Shown here piece after piece: positions 1 to 8,561 of a stretch of DNA of 64,000 nucleotides; the stretch's first letter is position 1; each line of letters begins with the position of its first letter. The translations under genes were made by a program, and so were the position numbers. The stretch is from Candidatus Nanopelagicales bacterium (GTDB lineage: Bacteria; Actinomycetota; Actinomycetes; S36-B12), in NCBI GenBank assembly GCA_030827125.1, contig JAURFD010000006.1, positions 53,680-117,679 on the forward strand, in the 5' to 3' direction. The notes under the pieces were generated by a model. It saw only the letters and a program-made list of their open reading frames with translations. It ran no database searches and was not told the DNA's origin.

Positions 1-644
1 GCCCTGCGCAGGCGCACCACCTGCCAGCCGGCCGCGCTTGCGGCATCGAGTTCGGTCACGACGTCCGAACAGAACAGCAGGTGCTCGGGCGCGACCCCGA
101 GGGCTGCGCTGATCGCTCGGTACGACGACTCCTCCCGCTTCGGACCCGCATTTGCGGTGTCGAAGTAGTCCGTGATCCATACCGTGCGATCGCCCTCGGG
201 CGTGTGCGCATACCAGTTGCGCTGGGCGAGTACCGAGCCCGATGAGTACACCGAGATGGGCACACCCTGGGAGTGCCACGCGCCCATCGCCACAAGGGCA
301 TCGGGATAGAAGTCCGAGACCAGGGCTCCGGAGGAGAAAGCGTCCTCCCAGATGAGTCCCTGCAGCGTCTTCAGGGGCGTGATCTTGCGATCGGCCCGTA
401 CCCACTCGGTCAACGTCTCGACCACGGTGTCGCGGTCGGGCGCCACGACCCCGATCTCGTGGCCCACCTGATCGACGATCGCTGCCGTCGCGGGCTCGTC
501 CCCGTGCTCGGCCAGCCAGTCCGCGAAGCGCTCCGTCGCGTAGGGGAACATCACGTCGAAGACGAACGAGGAGCGGCTCGTTGTCCCCTCGATATCCACG
601 ACGACGTGCTTGACGCCGTAGAAGGTCTGCTCGGCTAGGGTCAC
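1..644 (-). CDS. mtnC: Acireductone synthase / enolase-phosphatase E1 (3' end runs off window)
   Basis: Not in the ORF track. Manual translation from GTG 644 gives MTLAEQTFYGVKHVVVDIEGTTSRSSFVFDVMFPYA...DRKITPLKTLQGLIW...VYSSGSVLAQ, the HAD DIEGT and KxLQGxIW motifs of MtnC; adjacent to mtnB/mtnD. Confidence 0.93.
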   Translation of the reverse strand, partial: MTLAEQTFYGVKHVVVDIEGTTSRSSFVFDVMFPYATERFADWLAEHGDEPATAAIVDQVGHEIGVVAPDRDTVVETLTEWVRADRKITPLKTLQGLIWEDAFSSGALVSDFYPDALVAMGAWHSQGVPISVYSSGSVLAQRNWYAHTPEGDRTVWITDYFDTANAGPKREESSYRAISAALGVAPEHLLFCSDVVTELDAASAAGWQVVRLRR

Positions 645-659
645 GCTGGAGGAGGATAC

Positions 660-1256
660 ATGTCCACGCAGTCCGCGGCCGAAGCGCTGGCACGCACGAG
701 CAACCGCCTGTACGCCCTCGGCTGGATGCGCGGCACGTCGGGCAACGTCTCCGTATGGGACGGCGACGGCCTCCTGGTCTCCGCTTCCGGTGTCGACAAG
801 AGTGCCCTCGATGCAACCCACGCCGTCGCGACGGATGGCCGAGGGGAGCCGGCACCTGGCCAACCGCATCGTCCGAGTGCGGAGGCGCAGGTGCACGCCG
901 CCATCCTGCAGTCCAGCGGCGCCAAAGCGGCTGTACATGTGCACGCGCTCTCCAGCGTCGTGGCCGCCGCTCGCTGGCCGAACGGCGTACCCCTGCACGA
1001 TGTCGAGCAACTCAAGGGGATAGGGCGAGGGGCCCACGGCGACCCCGTCATTGTTCCCGTGGTCGCGAACTCCCAGGACATGGCCGATCTCTCCCGGCGC
1101 GTGGTCGAGGCGATGGACAGCGGCGTGCCGTGTGTGATCGTCGCCGAGCACGGTCTCTACGCGTGGGGCGCTGACCTGAGCGAGGCGGTTGACCGGACGG
1201 AGAGCCTGGATTGGCTCTTCGAGCATGCATTGCGGCTGGATTCTCTGCCGACGTGA
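660..1256 (+). CDS. mtnB: Methylthioribulose-1-phosphate dehydratase (class II aldolase fold)
   Basis: GWMRGTSGNVS, SASGVDK, PSAEAQVH, HVH, HGLYAWG motifs; GGAGG SD upstream. Confidence 0.93.
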   Translation: MSTQSAAEALARTSNRLYALGWMRGTSGNVSVWDGDGLLVSASGVDKSALDATHAVATDGRGEPAPGQPHRPSAEAQVHAAILQSSGAKAAVHVHALSSVVAAARWPNGVPLHDVEQLKGIGRGAHGDPVIVPVVANSQDMADLSRRVVEAMDSGVPCVIVAEHGLYAWGADLSEAVDRTESLDWLFEHALRLDSLPT

Positions 1257-1312
1257 TCGCGCTCTCGCCGTGAGTGCGACACAATGACGGCACCGAACGA
1301 GAGGTGGACGAC

Positions 1313-1900
1313 ATGACCCTGCTGAGCGTGTGGGCGGATGACGCCCCCGACACCCTGCTGTTGCGCACCAGCGATCACGGCACAATTGCCGAGACGCTCG
1401 CCACCCACGGCGTCGTCTTCGAGCACATCCCGGCCGGAGACCCGCTCCCGGCCAGCGCGACGCAGGAGGAGGTCCTCGAGGCCTACCGTCCGCTCGTCGA
1501 TCGACTCATCGCGGAGCACGGCTACCGGCTCGTCGACGTCGCCCAACTGCACCCGGTGGATTCCGATGAGTGGCGGGCGACCGCAGCGGGGGCGCGGGCG
1601 AAGTTCCTCAACGAGCACACGCATGACGAGGAGGAGATCCGCTACTTCTCCCACGGCGCCGGTGTCTTCTACCTGCATGTCGACGGCAAGGTCGCGGCCA
1701 TGCTCTGCACCGCGGGAGACCTGCTCAGCGTTCCCGCGATGACCACCCACTGGTTCGACATGGGGACGTCGCCGGACTTCACCGCGATCCGCTTCTTCCA
1801 TGACGACGACGGGTGGATCGGTACCTTCACCGGGAGCGACATCTCGACATACTTCCCGACCTTTGACGAGTTGACGGCTGCCGCTCTCGCCGACGCATGA
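1313..1900 (+). CDS. mtnD: Acireductone dioxygenase (ARD cupin)
   Basis: KFLNEHTHDEEEIRYF, GDLLSVPA..THWFDMG motifs; start at ATG 1313 after GAGGTGG. Confidence 0.93.
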   Translation: MTLLSVWADDAPDTLLLRTSDHGTIAETLATHGVVFEHIPAGDPLPASATQEEVLEAYRPLVDRLIAEHGYRLVDVAQLHPVDSDEWRATAAGARAKFLNEHTHDEEEIRYFSHGAGVFYLHVDGKVAAMLCTAGDLLSVPAMTTHWFDMGTSPDFTAIRFFHDDDGWIGTFTGSDISTYFPTFDELTAAALADA

Positions 1901-2640
1901 CCGGGGCGCTCGGGGTCATCGCCGGCACCGGCTTCTACGCCCTTGCTGAATTGAACGATCCGGAAACCTTCACTCAGACCACCGAGTACGGCGATGCCCA
2001 GATCACCAGCGGGCTGCTGCACGGCCGGCCCACCTATTTTGCCTCGCGTCATGGTGCTGACCACTCGGTCCCGCCGCACAGGGTGAACTACCGGGCGCTC
2101 ATGCAGTCGCTTGTGGATGTTGGTGTCACAGAGATTCTGGCCATCAACGTTGTAGGAGGCATTGGCCATGACGCGGGAGCGCTCGTCGTCGTGGATGACT
2201 TCATCGACTTCACTAAGCAGAGGCCCGTCACCTTTTATGACGGCAGTACCCCCGAGGGCGTCGTCCACGTGGACATGGGTGAGCCCTACAGTCAACGACT
2301 TCGTCAGACGTGGATCGATGCCGCGGGGAGACTCGATATTCCGGTCACGCCGACCGGCATCTACGGCGCGTTCGAGGGCCCGCGCTTTGAGACACGGGCC
2401 GAGATCGCGATGGCGTCGATGTTGGGTGTCACCGTGGTGGGGATGACGGGTGTCCCCGAGGTCGTTCTCGCAGCGGAGTGCGCCCTTCCCTACTCCTCGC
2501 TGTGCCTCGTCGCGAATCCTGCGGCGGGCCTGAGCCCGGACCCCATCACCATCGAGGAAGTTCAGGCGGTCGTCGCCCAGGGGGCCGAGAAGGTGACCGC
2601 GATCCTGGCCGAAGCAGCCGCCCTGTTGGCGTCCGCCTGA
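1897..2640 (+). CDS. mtnP: MTAP-family purine nucleoside phosphorylase, likely 5'-methylthioinosine-preferring
   Basis: RHG..HSVPPHRVNYRA, EGPRFETRAE, VVGMT, and LVANPAAG (Asn, as in 6-oxopurine-specific members); ATGA overlap with mtnD. Confidence 0.85.
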   Translation: MTGALGVIAGTGFYALAELNDPETFTQTTEYGDAQITSGLLHGRPTYFASRHGADHSVPPHRVNYRALMQSLVDVGVTEILAINVVGGIGHDAGALVVVDDFIDFTKQRPVTFYDGSTPEGVVHVDMGEPYSQRLRQTWIDAAGRLDIPVTPTGIYGAFEGPRFETRAEIAMASMLGVTVVGMTGVPEVVLAAECALPYSSLCLVANPAAGLSPDPITIEEVQAVVAQGAEKVTAILAEAAALLASA

Positions 2641-3944
2641 TGACGGCCGACCTTCTCATCGAGAACGCCCGCTATGTGCTGATGGCGACCCTGCCGGATG
2701 AGTCCGACGGGGTTCTCGAGAACGTCAGCATTGGAATCACTAACGGGCTGATCACCTCAATCGGTGATCCGGTGCCCGCACGCGAGGTCATCGACGCGTC
2801 GCACTGTCTCGTCATGCCGGGACTGGTCAACCTGCACACGCACCTGCCCATGACGTTGCTGCGCGGGATCGCTGAAGACGTGGACCTGCAGGGATTTCTG
2901 GAGCGGGTCTGGGCGGAGGAAGCCCGAATCATGAATCCCGACGGCGTGTACGCCGGTGCCCGCCTCGGTGCACTGGAAGCGGTGCTTTCGGGGACGACGA
3001 CCGCGCTCGACATGTACTTCCACCCCGAGGCCGGCCACCGCGCCGCGGTGGAGGTCGGTCTGCGACACATCACCGGACCGGTGTTCTTCTCATTCCCCGG
3101 GCCTGACGGGCTGGAATGGGATGAGCGGATGAGCCGCGCCGCGGCTTGGCCGCAGGTGCTGGCGGACACGGGTGGTCCCTACGTGCCCCCGGCCCTGATG
3201 CCCCACGCGGCCTTCACGGTGGGGGTCGATCACCTCGCCGAGATCGTTGTGCTTGCGCAGGAGCAGGGCGCCATGATCACCACCCACGCATCGGAGAACG
3301 ATCGCGAGAACGCCGACACGATTGCCGCCACCGGCATGCGCCCGATTGCTGCCCTCGATGCGGCGGGTGTGTTGGGCCGCGGACCGGTGCTCGGGCATGG
3401 CGTGCGCATCGACCCCGGTGAGCGTCAACGCATCGCGGAGACGGGCACGACCGTCGCGCACTGCCCCGGCTCCAACCTCAAGCTCGCAAGCGGGGCTGCC
3501 GACATCGTCGGCTACCGAGCCGATGGCATCAACGTGGGTCTCGGCACCGACGGATGCTCCTCGAGCAACGATCTGGACATGTTCGCGGCCATGCGCTTGA
3601 CCGCCAACCTCGCCCGACTGGTCCTTGATGATCCTGCGGCGATCACTGCGCGCGAGGTGGTTGAGCTCGCAACCGTCAACGGTGCCCGTGCACTAGGACT
3701 GGGCGATCGGATCGGCACTGTGGCCGTGGGCAAGGAGGCCGATCTGCTGGTGCTCGACCTGCAGGCCCCCCACCTGATGCCGGTGCACGACCCCTACACA
3801 CTCGTGGTCTTTAGCGCCGGTCGCGGCGATGTCCGTGATGTGGTCGTTGCCGGTTCCATCGTCGTCCGTGACCATCAACCCACGCGAGTCACCGTCGAGA
3901 GCGTGCTCCATCAGGCGCGGACTGTCGTGGAGGCACGGTCGTGA
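2640..3944 (+). CDS. mtaD: Amidohydrolase, MTA/SAH deaminase-like
   Basis: PGLVNLHTH, THASE, HCPGSNLKLASG, GTDGCSSSNDLDMF; TGATG coupling to the phosphorylase. Confidence 0.75.
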   Translation: MTADLLIENARYVLMATLPDESDGVLENVSIGITNGLITSIGDPVPAREVIDASHCLVMPGLVNLHTHLPMTLLRGIAEDVDLQGFLERVWAEEARIMNPDGVYAGARLGALEAVLSGTTTALDMYFHPEAGHRAAVEVGLRHITGPVFFSFPGPDGLEWDERMSRAAAWPQVLADTGGPYVPPALMPHAAFTVGVDHLAEIVVLAQEQGAMITTHASENDRENADTIAATGMRPIAALDAAGVLGRGPVLGHGVRIDPGERQRIAETGTTVAHCPGSNLKLASGAADIVGYRADGINVGLGTDGCSSSNDLDMFAAMRLTANLARLVLDDPAAITAREVVELATVNGARALGLGDRIGTVAVGKEADLLVLDLQAPHLMPVHDPYTLVVFSAGRGDVRDVVVAGSIVVRDHQPTRVTVESVLHQARTVVEARS

Positions 3945-4399
3945 GCGCGATTGACCAATCCTCCGCCGCGGAGATCATCGACACACTGGGAATGGAGTAC
4001 CTCGAGGGTGAGGGCGTGTGGATCCGGGTGCTGTGGCGCACACCGAATACCAATGCGATTCACTGCCTGCTGACGCCCGACGACTTCAGTGGGCTGCACA
4101 TTCTTCGTGAGGATGAGGCCTGGGTGCACGTCGCCGGGGCGCCGGTGGAGATGCTGCAGCTTCATCCTGACGGCACCCATGACGTCATCCGCCTCGGAAC
4201 CGATCTCGGTGTTGGCGAGCAGCCGGCCGTGCTGGTTCCCGCGGGGTCATGGCAAGGATCACGGACCTGCGGTGACTGGAGTTTGGTCGTGTGCACACTG
4301 GCTCCTCCCTTCACTTCTTTCGTCCTGGCGGGCCACGACCTGGACCTGTCGATGTGGCCGAACGCGCGCGACCTGGCCGAGGAGTTCATCCGTGACTGA
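3941..4399 (+). CDS. Cupin_5 / DUF985 family protein
   Basis: AIHCLL..DFSGLH...DEAWVHVAGAP, VPAGSWQGS, SLVVCTLAPPF pattern; GTGA overlap. Confidence 0.8.
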   Translation: MSAIDQSSAAEIIDTLGMEYLEGEGVWIRVLWRTPNTNAIHCLLTPDDFSGLHILREDEAWVHVAGAPVEMLQLHPDGTHDVIRLGTDLGVGEQPAVLVPAGSWQGSRTCGDWSLVVCTLAPPFTSFVLAGHDLDLSMWPNARDLAEEFIRD

Positions 4400-5111
4400 A
4401 CAGCGTGTGGCGATCATCACCGGAGCGTCCGGCCACCTTGGACGGTCCCTCGTGGCGCACTTCATGGCGTCGGGCTTGGCGGTAGTCGGGCACGGTCAAC
4501 GCCAGCAGCCGTCCGATTGGCCGACCGAGGCCCAGTACGTCTCGGGTGACCTGCGCAGTGACGATGACGTGGCGGATCTCATCGCGGTTGCCCGCAGCCG
4601 AGGGAGCATCGGCGTGGTCGTGAACAATGCTGCCGATCAGGACCTTGGACGACCCTGGCCGATGACGGCGACGACATGGCTCGCGATGTTGGACGCCTCC
4701 CTCGTGTCGGCGGTGCGGGTCAGCCAGGCTGCCGCTCCCGACCTGATACGGGGGTCCGCAATCGTGAACGTGTCGAGTGTCGAGGCGGGCTCGGCGTTCC
4801 CCAGCCACGCGCACTACGCGGCCGCGAAGGCGGCACTGGAGTCCTACACCCGATCGCTTGCTCTCGAACTCGCGCCGCAAGGTGTGCGCGCCAATTCTGT
4901 CGCTCCGGGGGTGATTGATCGACCGGGGATGGCAGATGACTGGCCCGCAGGTTGGTCGTGGTGGTCGAGCACATGCCCCCTCGGGCGTCCGGTGACGGTC
5001 GAGGAGGTAGCTGGCGCCGTGGGATTCCTTGCTTCCGGTGATGCCAGCGGGATCACCGGGGTCGTCCTGCCGGTGGATGGTGGCTGGTCGGCGTCCGCCC
5101 GATTCCGGTGA
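4392..5111 (+). CDS. SDR family oxidoreductase
   Basis: TGASGHLG Rossmann motif, VNNAA, YAAAK catalytic motif, ANSVAPG, VDGG. Confidence 0.9.
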   Translation: MTEQRVAIITGASGHLGRSLVAHFMASGLAVVGHGQRQQPSDWPTEAQYVSGDLRSDDDVADLIAVARSRGSIGVVVNNAADQDLGRPWPMTATTWLAMLDASLVSAVRVSQAAAPDLIRGSAIVNVSSVEAGSAFPSHAHYAAAKAALESYTRSLALELAPQGVRANSVAPGVIDRPGMADDWPAGWSWWSSTCPLGRPVTVEEVAGAVGFLASGDASGITGVVLPVDGGWSASARFR

Positions 5112-5236
5112 GAAACCGAAGGTGCGCTGTCGTCACGTTCGCATCACCAATCACAGGTGCCACACCCGTGAGCATGTCCGTATTACGGGTGGGTCACGGC
5201 GAGGGTGGCCTTGCGTGTCGACGGTGTTCCGCCGAC

Positions 5237-5321
5237 TAAGGTCAAGGCAACGCTCAGGCCCCAGATGAGCGGCGCGGAATCCCGCGTGGGTTTGGGGCCA
5301 CTGACGAAAGGGCATACACAC
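5237..5321 (+). promoter_or_regulatory. Putative -10 box (TAAGGT 5237-5242) and structured 5' leader of the BMP transporter operon
   Basis: Hairpin CGCTCA/TGAGCG whose loop is complementary to 5291-5299, plus a second hairpin, ahead of SD GAAAGGG. Confidence 0.45.
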
Positions 5322-6392
5322 ATGCATCGCAAGTGGGGTTTGGCGGCTGCGGCCGCTGCCGCCGCGCTCGTGCTCGCCGCCTGCGGCGGTAGCAGCGACG
5401 GCGGAGACTCATCGAGCAGTGGCGGTGGCGGCGGCGGCGGCGAGGGCGACTGCCCGGGTGCCGACTCGTTCTGCATTGGTCTGGTCACCGACACGGGCAA
5501 GGTGGACGACAAGTCGTTCAACCAGTCCGCGTGGGAGGGCGCGCTGCAGGCCGCCCAGGAGACCGGCGGCTACGCGAAGTACATCGAGACCGTCGATCCG
5601 AAGGACTACGAGAACAACATCAACCAGTTCATCCAGGGTGGGTACGACGTCATCGTGACGGTCGGCTTCCTTATGGGCGAGGCCACGGTGACGGCCGCGA
5701 AGGCGAACGCCGGTGTTGCCTTCATTGGAGTCGACCAGTTCCAGGGTGAAGAGGTGGCCAACCTCACCGGCCTCGTCTTCAACGAGGACAAGGCTGGCTA
5801 CGCCGCGGGCTACCTCGCTGGCCTGATGACGCAGACGGGCAAGATCGGCGCCGTCCTCGGTACCGACACGGTTCCCCCGGTCGTCCTCTTCGGTGAGGGT
5901 TACAAGGCGGGTGCGCTCGCCGCGAACCCGGCCGTGGACGTCACGCTCGTCTACCACGAGCCGAACAACGCGTTCAACGATCCCGAGTGGGGCGCTGCGG
6001 AGTCCAAGAAGCAGCTCGAGCAGGGTGCCGACATCATCTTCGGTGCCGGCGGCAACACCGGCAACGGTGCGCTCATCGAGATCGCCAAGGCTCCCGGTGC
6101 CGGTGAGTCGACCTTCTGCATCGGTGTTGACACCGACCAGTTCTTCACCGTGCCGCAGGCCGCCAAGTGCCTGCTGACCTCGGCGGAGAAGAAGCTCACG
6201 CTGGGCACCAAGGACCTCATCATCCTCGCCAAGGATGGCAAGGCTCCCGGTGGCAACTTCTTCGGTCTGACCGGCCTCGCGCCGTACCACGACACCGAGG
6301 CTGCGGTCCCGGATGACGTGAAGAAGAAGGTCGAGGAGGTCATCGCTGGCCTCGACGCCGGAACGATCGTTACCGACGTCACGCTCGGCTGA
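5322..6392 (+). CDS. BMP-family ABC substrate-binding lipoprotein (nucleoside-type)
   Basis: Lipobox LAAC, Gly/Ser linker, DDKSFNQSAWEG, GVDQ, GADIIFGAGG, IGVDTDQ. Confidence 0.92.
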   Translation: MHRKWGLAAAAAAAALVLAACGGSSDGGDSSSSGGGGGGGEGDCPGADSFCIGLVTDTGKVDDKSFNQSAWEGALQAAQETGGYAKYIETVDPKDYENNINQFIQGGYDVIVTVGFLMGEATVTAAKANAGVAFIGVDQFQGEEVANLTGLVFNEDKAGYAAGYLAGLMTQTGKIGAVLGTDTVPPVVLFGEGYKAGALAANPAVDVTLVYHEPNNAFNDPEWGAAESKKQLEQGADIIFGAGGNTGNGALIEIAKAPGAGESTFCIGVDTDQFFTVPQAAKCLLTSAEKKLTLGTKDLIILAKDGKAPGGNFFGLTGLAPYHDTEAAVPDDVKKKVEEVIAGLDAGTIVTDVTLG

Positions 6393-6406
6393 TCTGATCG
6401 GAAATC

Positions 6407-6447
6407 AGGACGGGGGGATGACGCGCAAAGCGTCATCCCCCCGTCCT
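6407..6447 (+). terminator. 18-bp stem-loop after the BMP gene (terminator or mRNA stabiliser)
   Basis: AGGACGGGGGGATGACGC-GCAAA-GCGTCATCCCCCCGTCCT followed by CTTCT. Confidence 0.75.
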
Positions 6448-6472
6448 CTTCTATGCAAGGATTCCGTCCACT

Positions 6473-7588
6473 ATGGCAACCACTGATCCGGCGCAAACCG
6501 ATCTGGGATTCACCGATCCCGATCCGCGTCGTTCCGGGCCGCTCGATCGACTGCCGGCCATCGCGATTCCGGTGATCTCGGTCCTCCTGGCCTTCGCCAT
6601 CGGTGGTCTGCTCATCTGGTTACAGGGCGTCAATCCGTTCCGCGCGTACTACGTCCTCTTCAGCAGCGCACTCGGGACACCCGAAGGTCTCCTACGCGTC
6701 ATGGAGAAGTCGACGCCGCTGATTCTGACGGGCCTCGCAGTGACGGTGGGCCTGCGCACCGGGCTGTTCAACATTGGTGCCCAGGGTCAGCTTCTCGTGG
6801 GAGCTATTGGTGCGGCCTGGGCCGGCTATCACTTCCAGTTGCCGATGGTCGTGCACCTGCCGTTCGCCATCGTCTTCGGCATGCTGTGCGGTGCCGCATG
6901 GGCGTCCATTGCTGGCGCCCTGCGTGCGTACCGCCACGTCTCCGAAGTCATCACGACGATCATGCTCAACAGCATTGCCATCGCGCTGGTGGACTACCTC
7001 GCGAGTCGACCGTTCAAGGAGCCGGATCAGCCCATCTCGCGCACCCCGCTGGTGGCGGATAGCGCAACCCTTCCCTTCTTTGGCCCCATCCCGTCCGGGT
7101 TCATCCTGGCGTTGCTCGTCGCCATCTTCTTCGGGTGGTTCCTGGTCCGCACTACCCAGGGATTCCGTTTCAACACGGTGGGCCTGAACCCCAGTGCGGC
7201 GCGCTACGCCGGCATACCGGTCAAGGGCACGATCTTGCTGGCCATGGCCGTGAGCGGCGGCTTAGCCGGGCTCGGCGGCGCTGTGGAGACGCTCGGTATC
7301 ACCGGACGCTTCGAGCCCGCATTCAACGCGGGTCTCGGATTCGATGGCATCACCATCGCCCTGTTGGCTCGCGCCAATCCGATCGCGACGATTCCCGCGG
7401 CCCTGCTTGTGGGCACTCTGCGTTCGGGCGCGGCCACCCTGCAGTTCCAGACCGGGATCGAACCCGAGGTCGTCGACGTCATCCTCGCCATCACCCTGCT
7501 CTTCGTCTCTGCGCCAATCGTGGCTCGCCTTCTCTTCCGCAAGCGCAACGTGAAGCAGACCACCGTGACCTCTGGGTGGGGATCATGA
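6473..7588 (+). CDS. Nucleoside/sugar ABC transporter permease
   Basis: TPLILTGLA, GLFNIGAQGQ, EVITTIMLN, GFDGITIALL; hydrophobic. Confidence 0.92.
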   Translation: MATTDPAQTDLGFTDPDPRRSGPLDRLPAIAIPVISVLLAFAIGGLLIWLQGVNPFRAYYVLFSSALGTPEGLLRVMEKSTPLILTGLAVTVGLRTGLFNIGAQGQLLVGAIGAAWAGYHFQLPMVVHLPFAIVFGMLCGAAWASIAGALRAYRHVSEVITTIMLNSIAIALVDYLASRPFKEPDQPISRTPLVADSATLPFFGPIPSGFILALLVAIFFGWFLVRTTQGFRFNTVGLNPSAARYAGIPVKGTILLAMAVSGGLAGLGGAVETLGITGRFEPAFNAGLGFDGITIALLARANPIATIPAALLVGTLRSGAATLQFQTGIEPEVVDVILAITLLFVSAPIVARLLFRKRNVKQTTVTSGWGS

Positions 7589-8559
7589 GCGCCAAGTGGG
7601 CCTACTCGCTCAGCGCCGTGATCATCGTGGCGATCCTGATCTCCTTCAGTATGGACGCCGTGCGCACGACGTCGGTGCTGTCCTTCTCGCTCCGGTACGC
7701 CGTGCCTCTCATCCTTGCCGCGATGGTCGGCATCGTGTGTGAGCGCTCCGGCATCATCAATATTGGTATCGAAGGTCAGATGCTGATGAGTGCCTTCGCC
7801 GGCTTCTTCGGCGCGGCCCTCACCGGAAGCCTCATCGCGGGGGCCATGATCGGTGTCGGCACCGGCATGATCATGGGTGCCTTCCTGGCGACCGGAGCTG
7901 TGACGTGGAAGATGGATCAGATCATCGCGGGCACGGTCATCAATATTCTCGCCACGGGGTTGACCAGCTTCTTCTACGCCCAGGGCTACGTGCTGCCGGG
8001 CAACACCCCGACGGTGTCCATCCCCTTCCTCGCCGATCTCCCGCTCGTTGGCCCTGTCTTCTTCGACAACGGAATGTTTACTTACGCGGCGATCATCATC
8101 GCCCTGGTCCTGTGGGTGCTGCTCTTCAAGACCGTGTGGGGGCTGCGCACGCGTTCCGTGGGTGAGAAGCCGAGCGCTTCGGACACGTCCGGAATTGGTG
8201 TCGAGCGCACCCGCTTCTGGAATGTCACGTTTGCCGGTGCCCTCGCCGGCCTGGCCGGTGCCTACCTCTCCCTGGAAGCAGCCGGCACCTTCGAACGCGG
8301 CTTCACCGCCGGCCGTGGCTTCACTGCTCTCGCGATCATGATCTTCGGCGCGTGGAATCCCATCGGCGCACTGGCTGCCGCCCTCTTCTTCGGTCTCACC
8401 CAGGGAGTGGCAAGCCAATTGCAGGCCGACGCTGTCGTGGACATCCCACCGCAGTTCGTCAACATGCTTCCGTACATCCTCACCATCGTCCTGCTCGCCG
8501 CCGTCTCCGGCCGGATTAAACCTCCGGCCTCCGTTGGCAAGCCCTATGAGAAGGATTAG
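7585..8559 (+). CDS. Nucleoside/sugar ABC transporter permease
   Basis: ERSGIINIGIEGQML, GRGFTALA, MLPYILTI; ATGA overlap. Confidence 0.92.
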   Translation: MSAKWAYSLSAVIIVAILISFSMDAVRTTSVLSFSLRYAVPLILAAMVGIVCERSGIINIGIEGQMLMSAFAGFFGAALTGSLIAGAMIGVGTGMIMGAFLATGAVTWKMDQIIAGTVINILATGLTSFFYAQGYVLPGNTPTVSIPFLADLPLVGPVFFDNGMFTYAAIIIALVLWVLLFKTVWGLRTRSVGEKPSASDTSGIGVERTRFWNVTFAGALAGLAGAYLSLEAAGTFERGFTAGRGFTALAIMIFGAWNPIGALAAALFFGLTQGVASQLQADAVVDIPPQFVNMLPYILTIVLLAAVSGRIKPPASVGKPYEKD

Positions 8560-8561
8560 CG

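Noticed and set aside
5112-5321. Known SAM-I/SAM-IV, SAH or purine riboswitch
   Set aside because: I could not find the conserved cores of these families; kept only as a novel candidate.
5421-5441. GGC trinucleotide run as a phase-variation tract
   Set aside because: It is an in-frame triplet repeat encoding a Gly linker after the lipobox; slippage would not switch expression.
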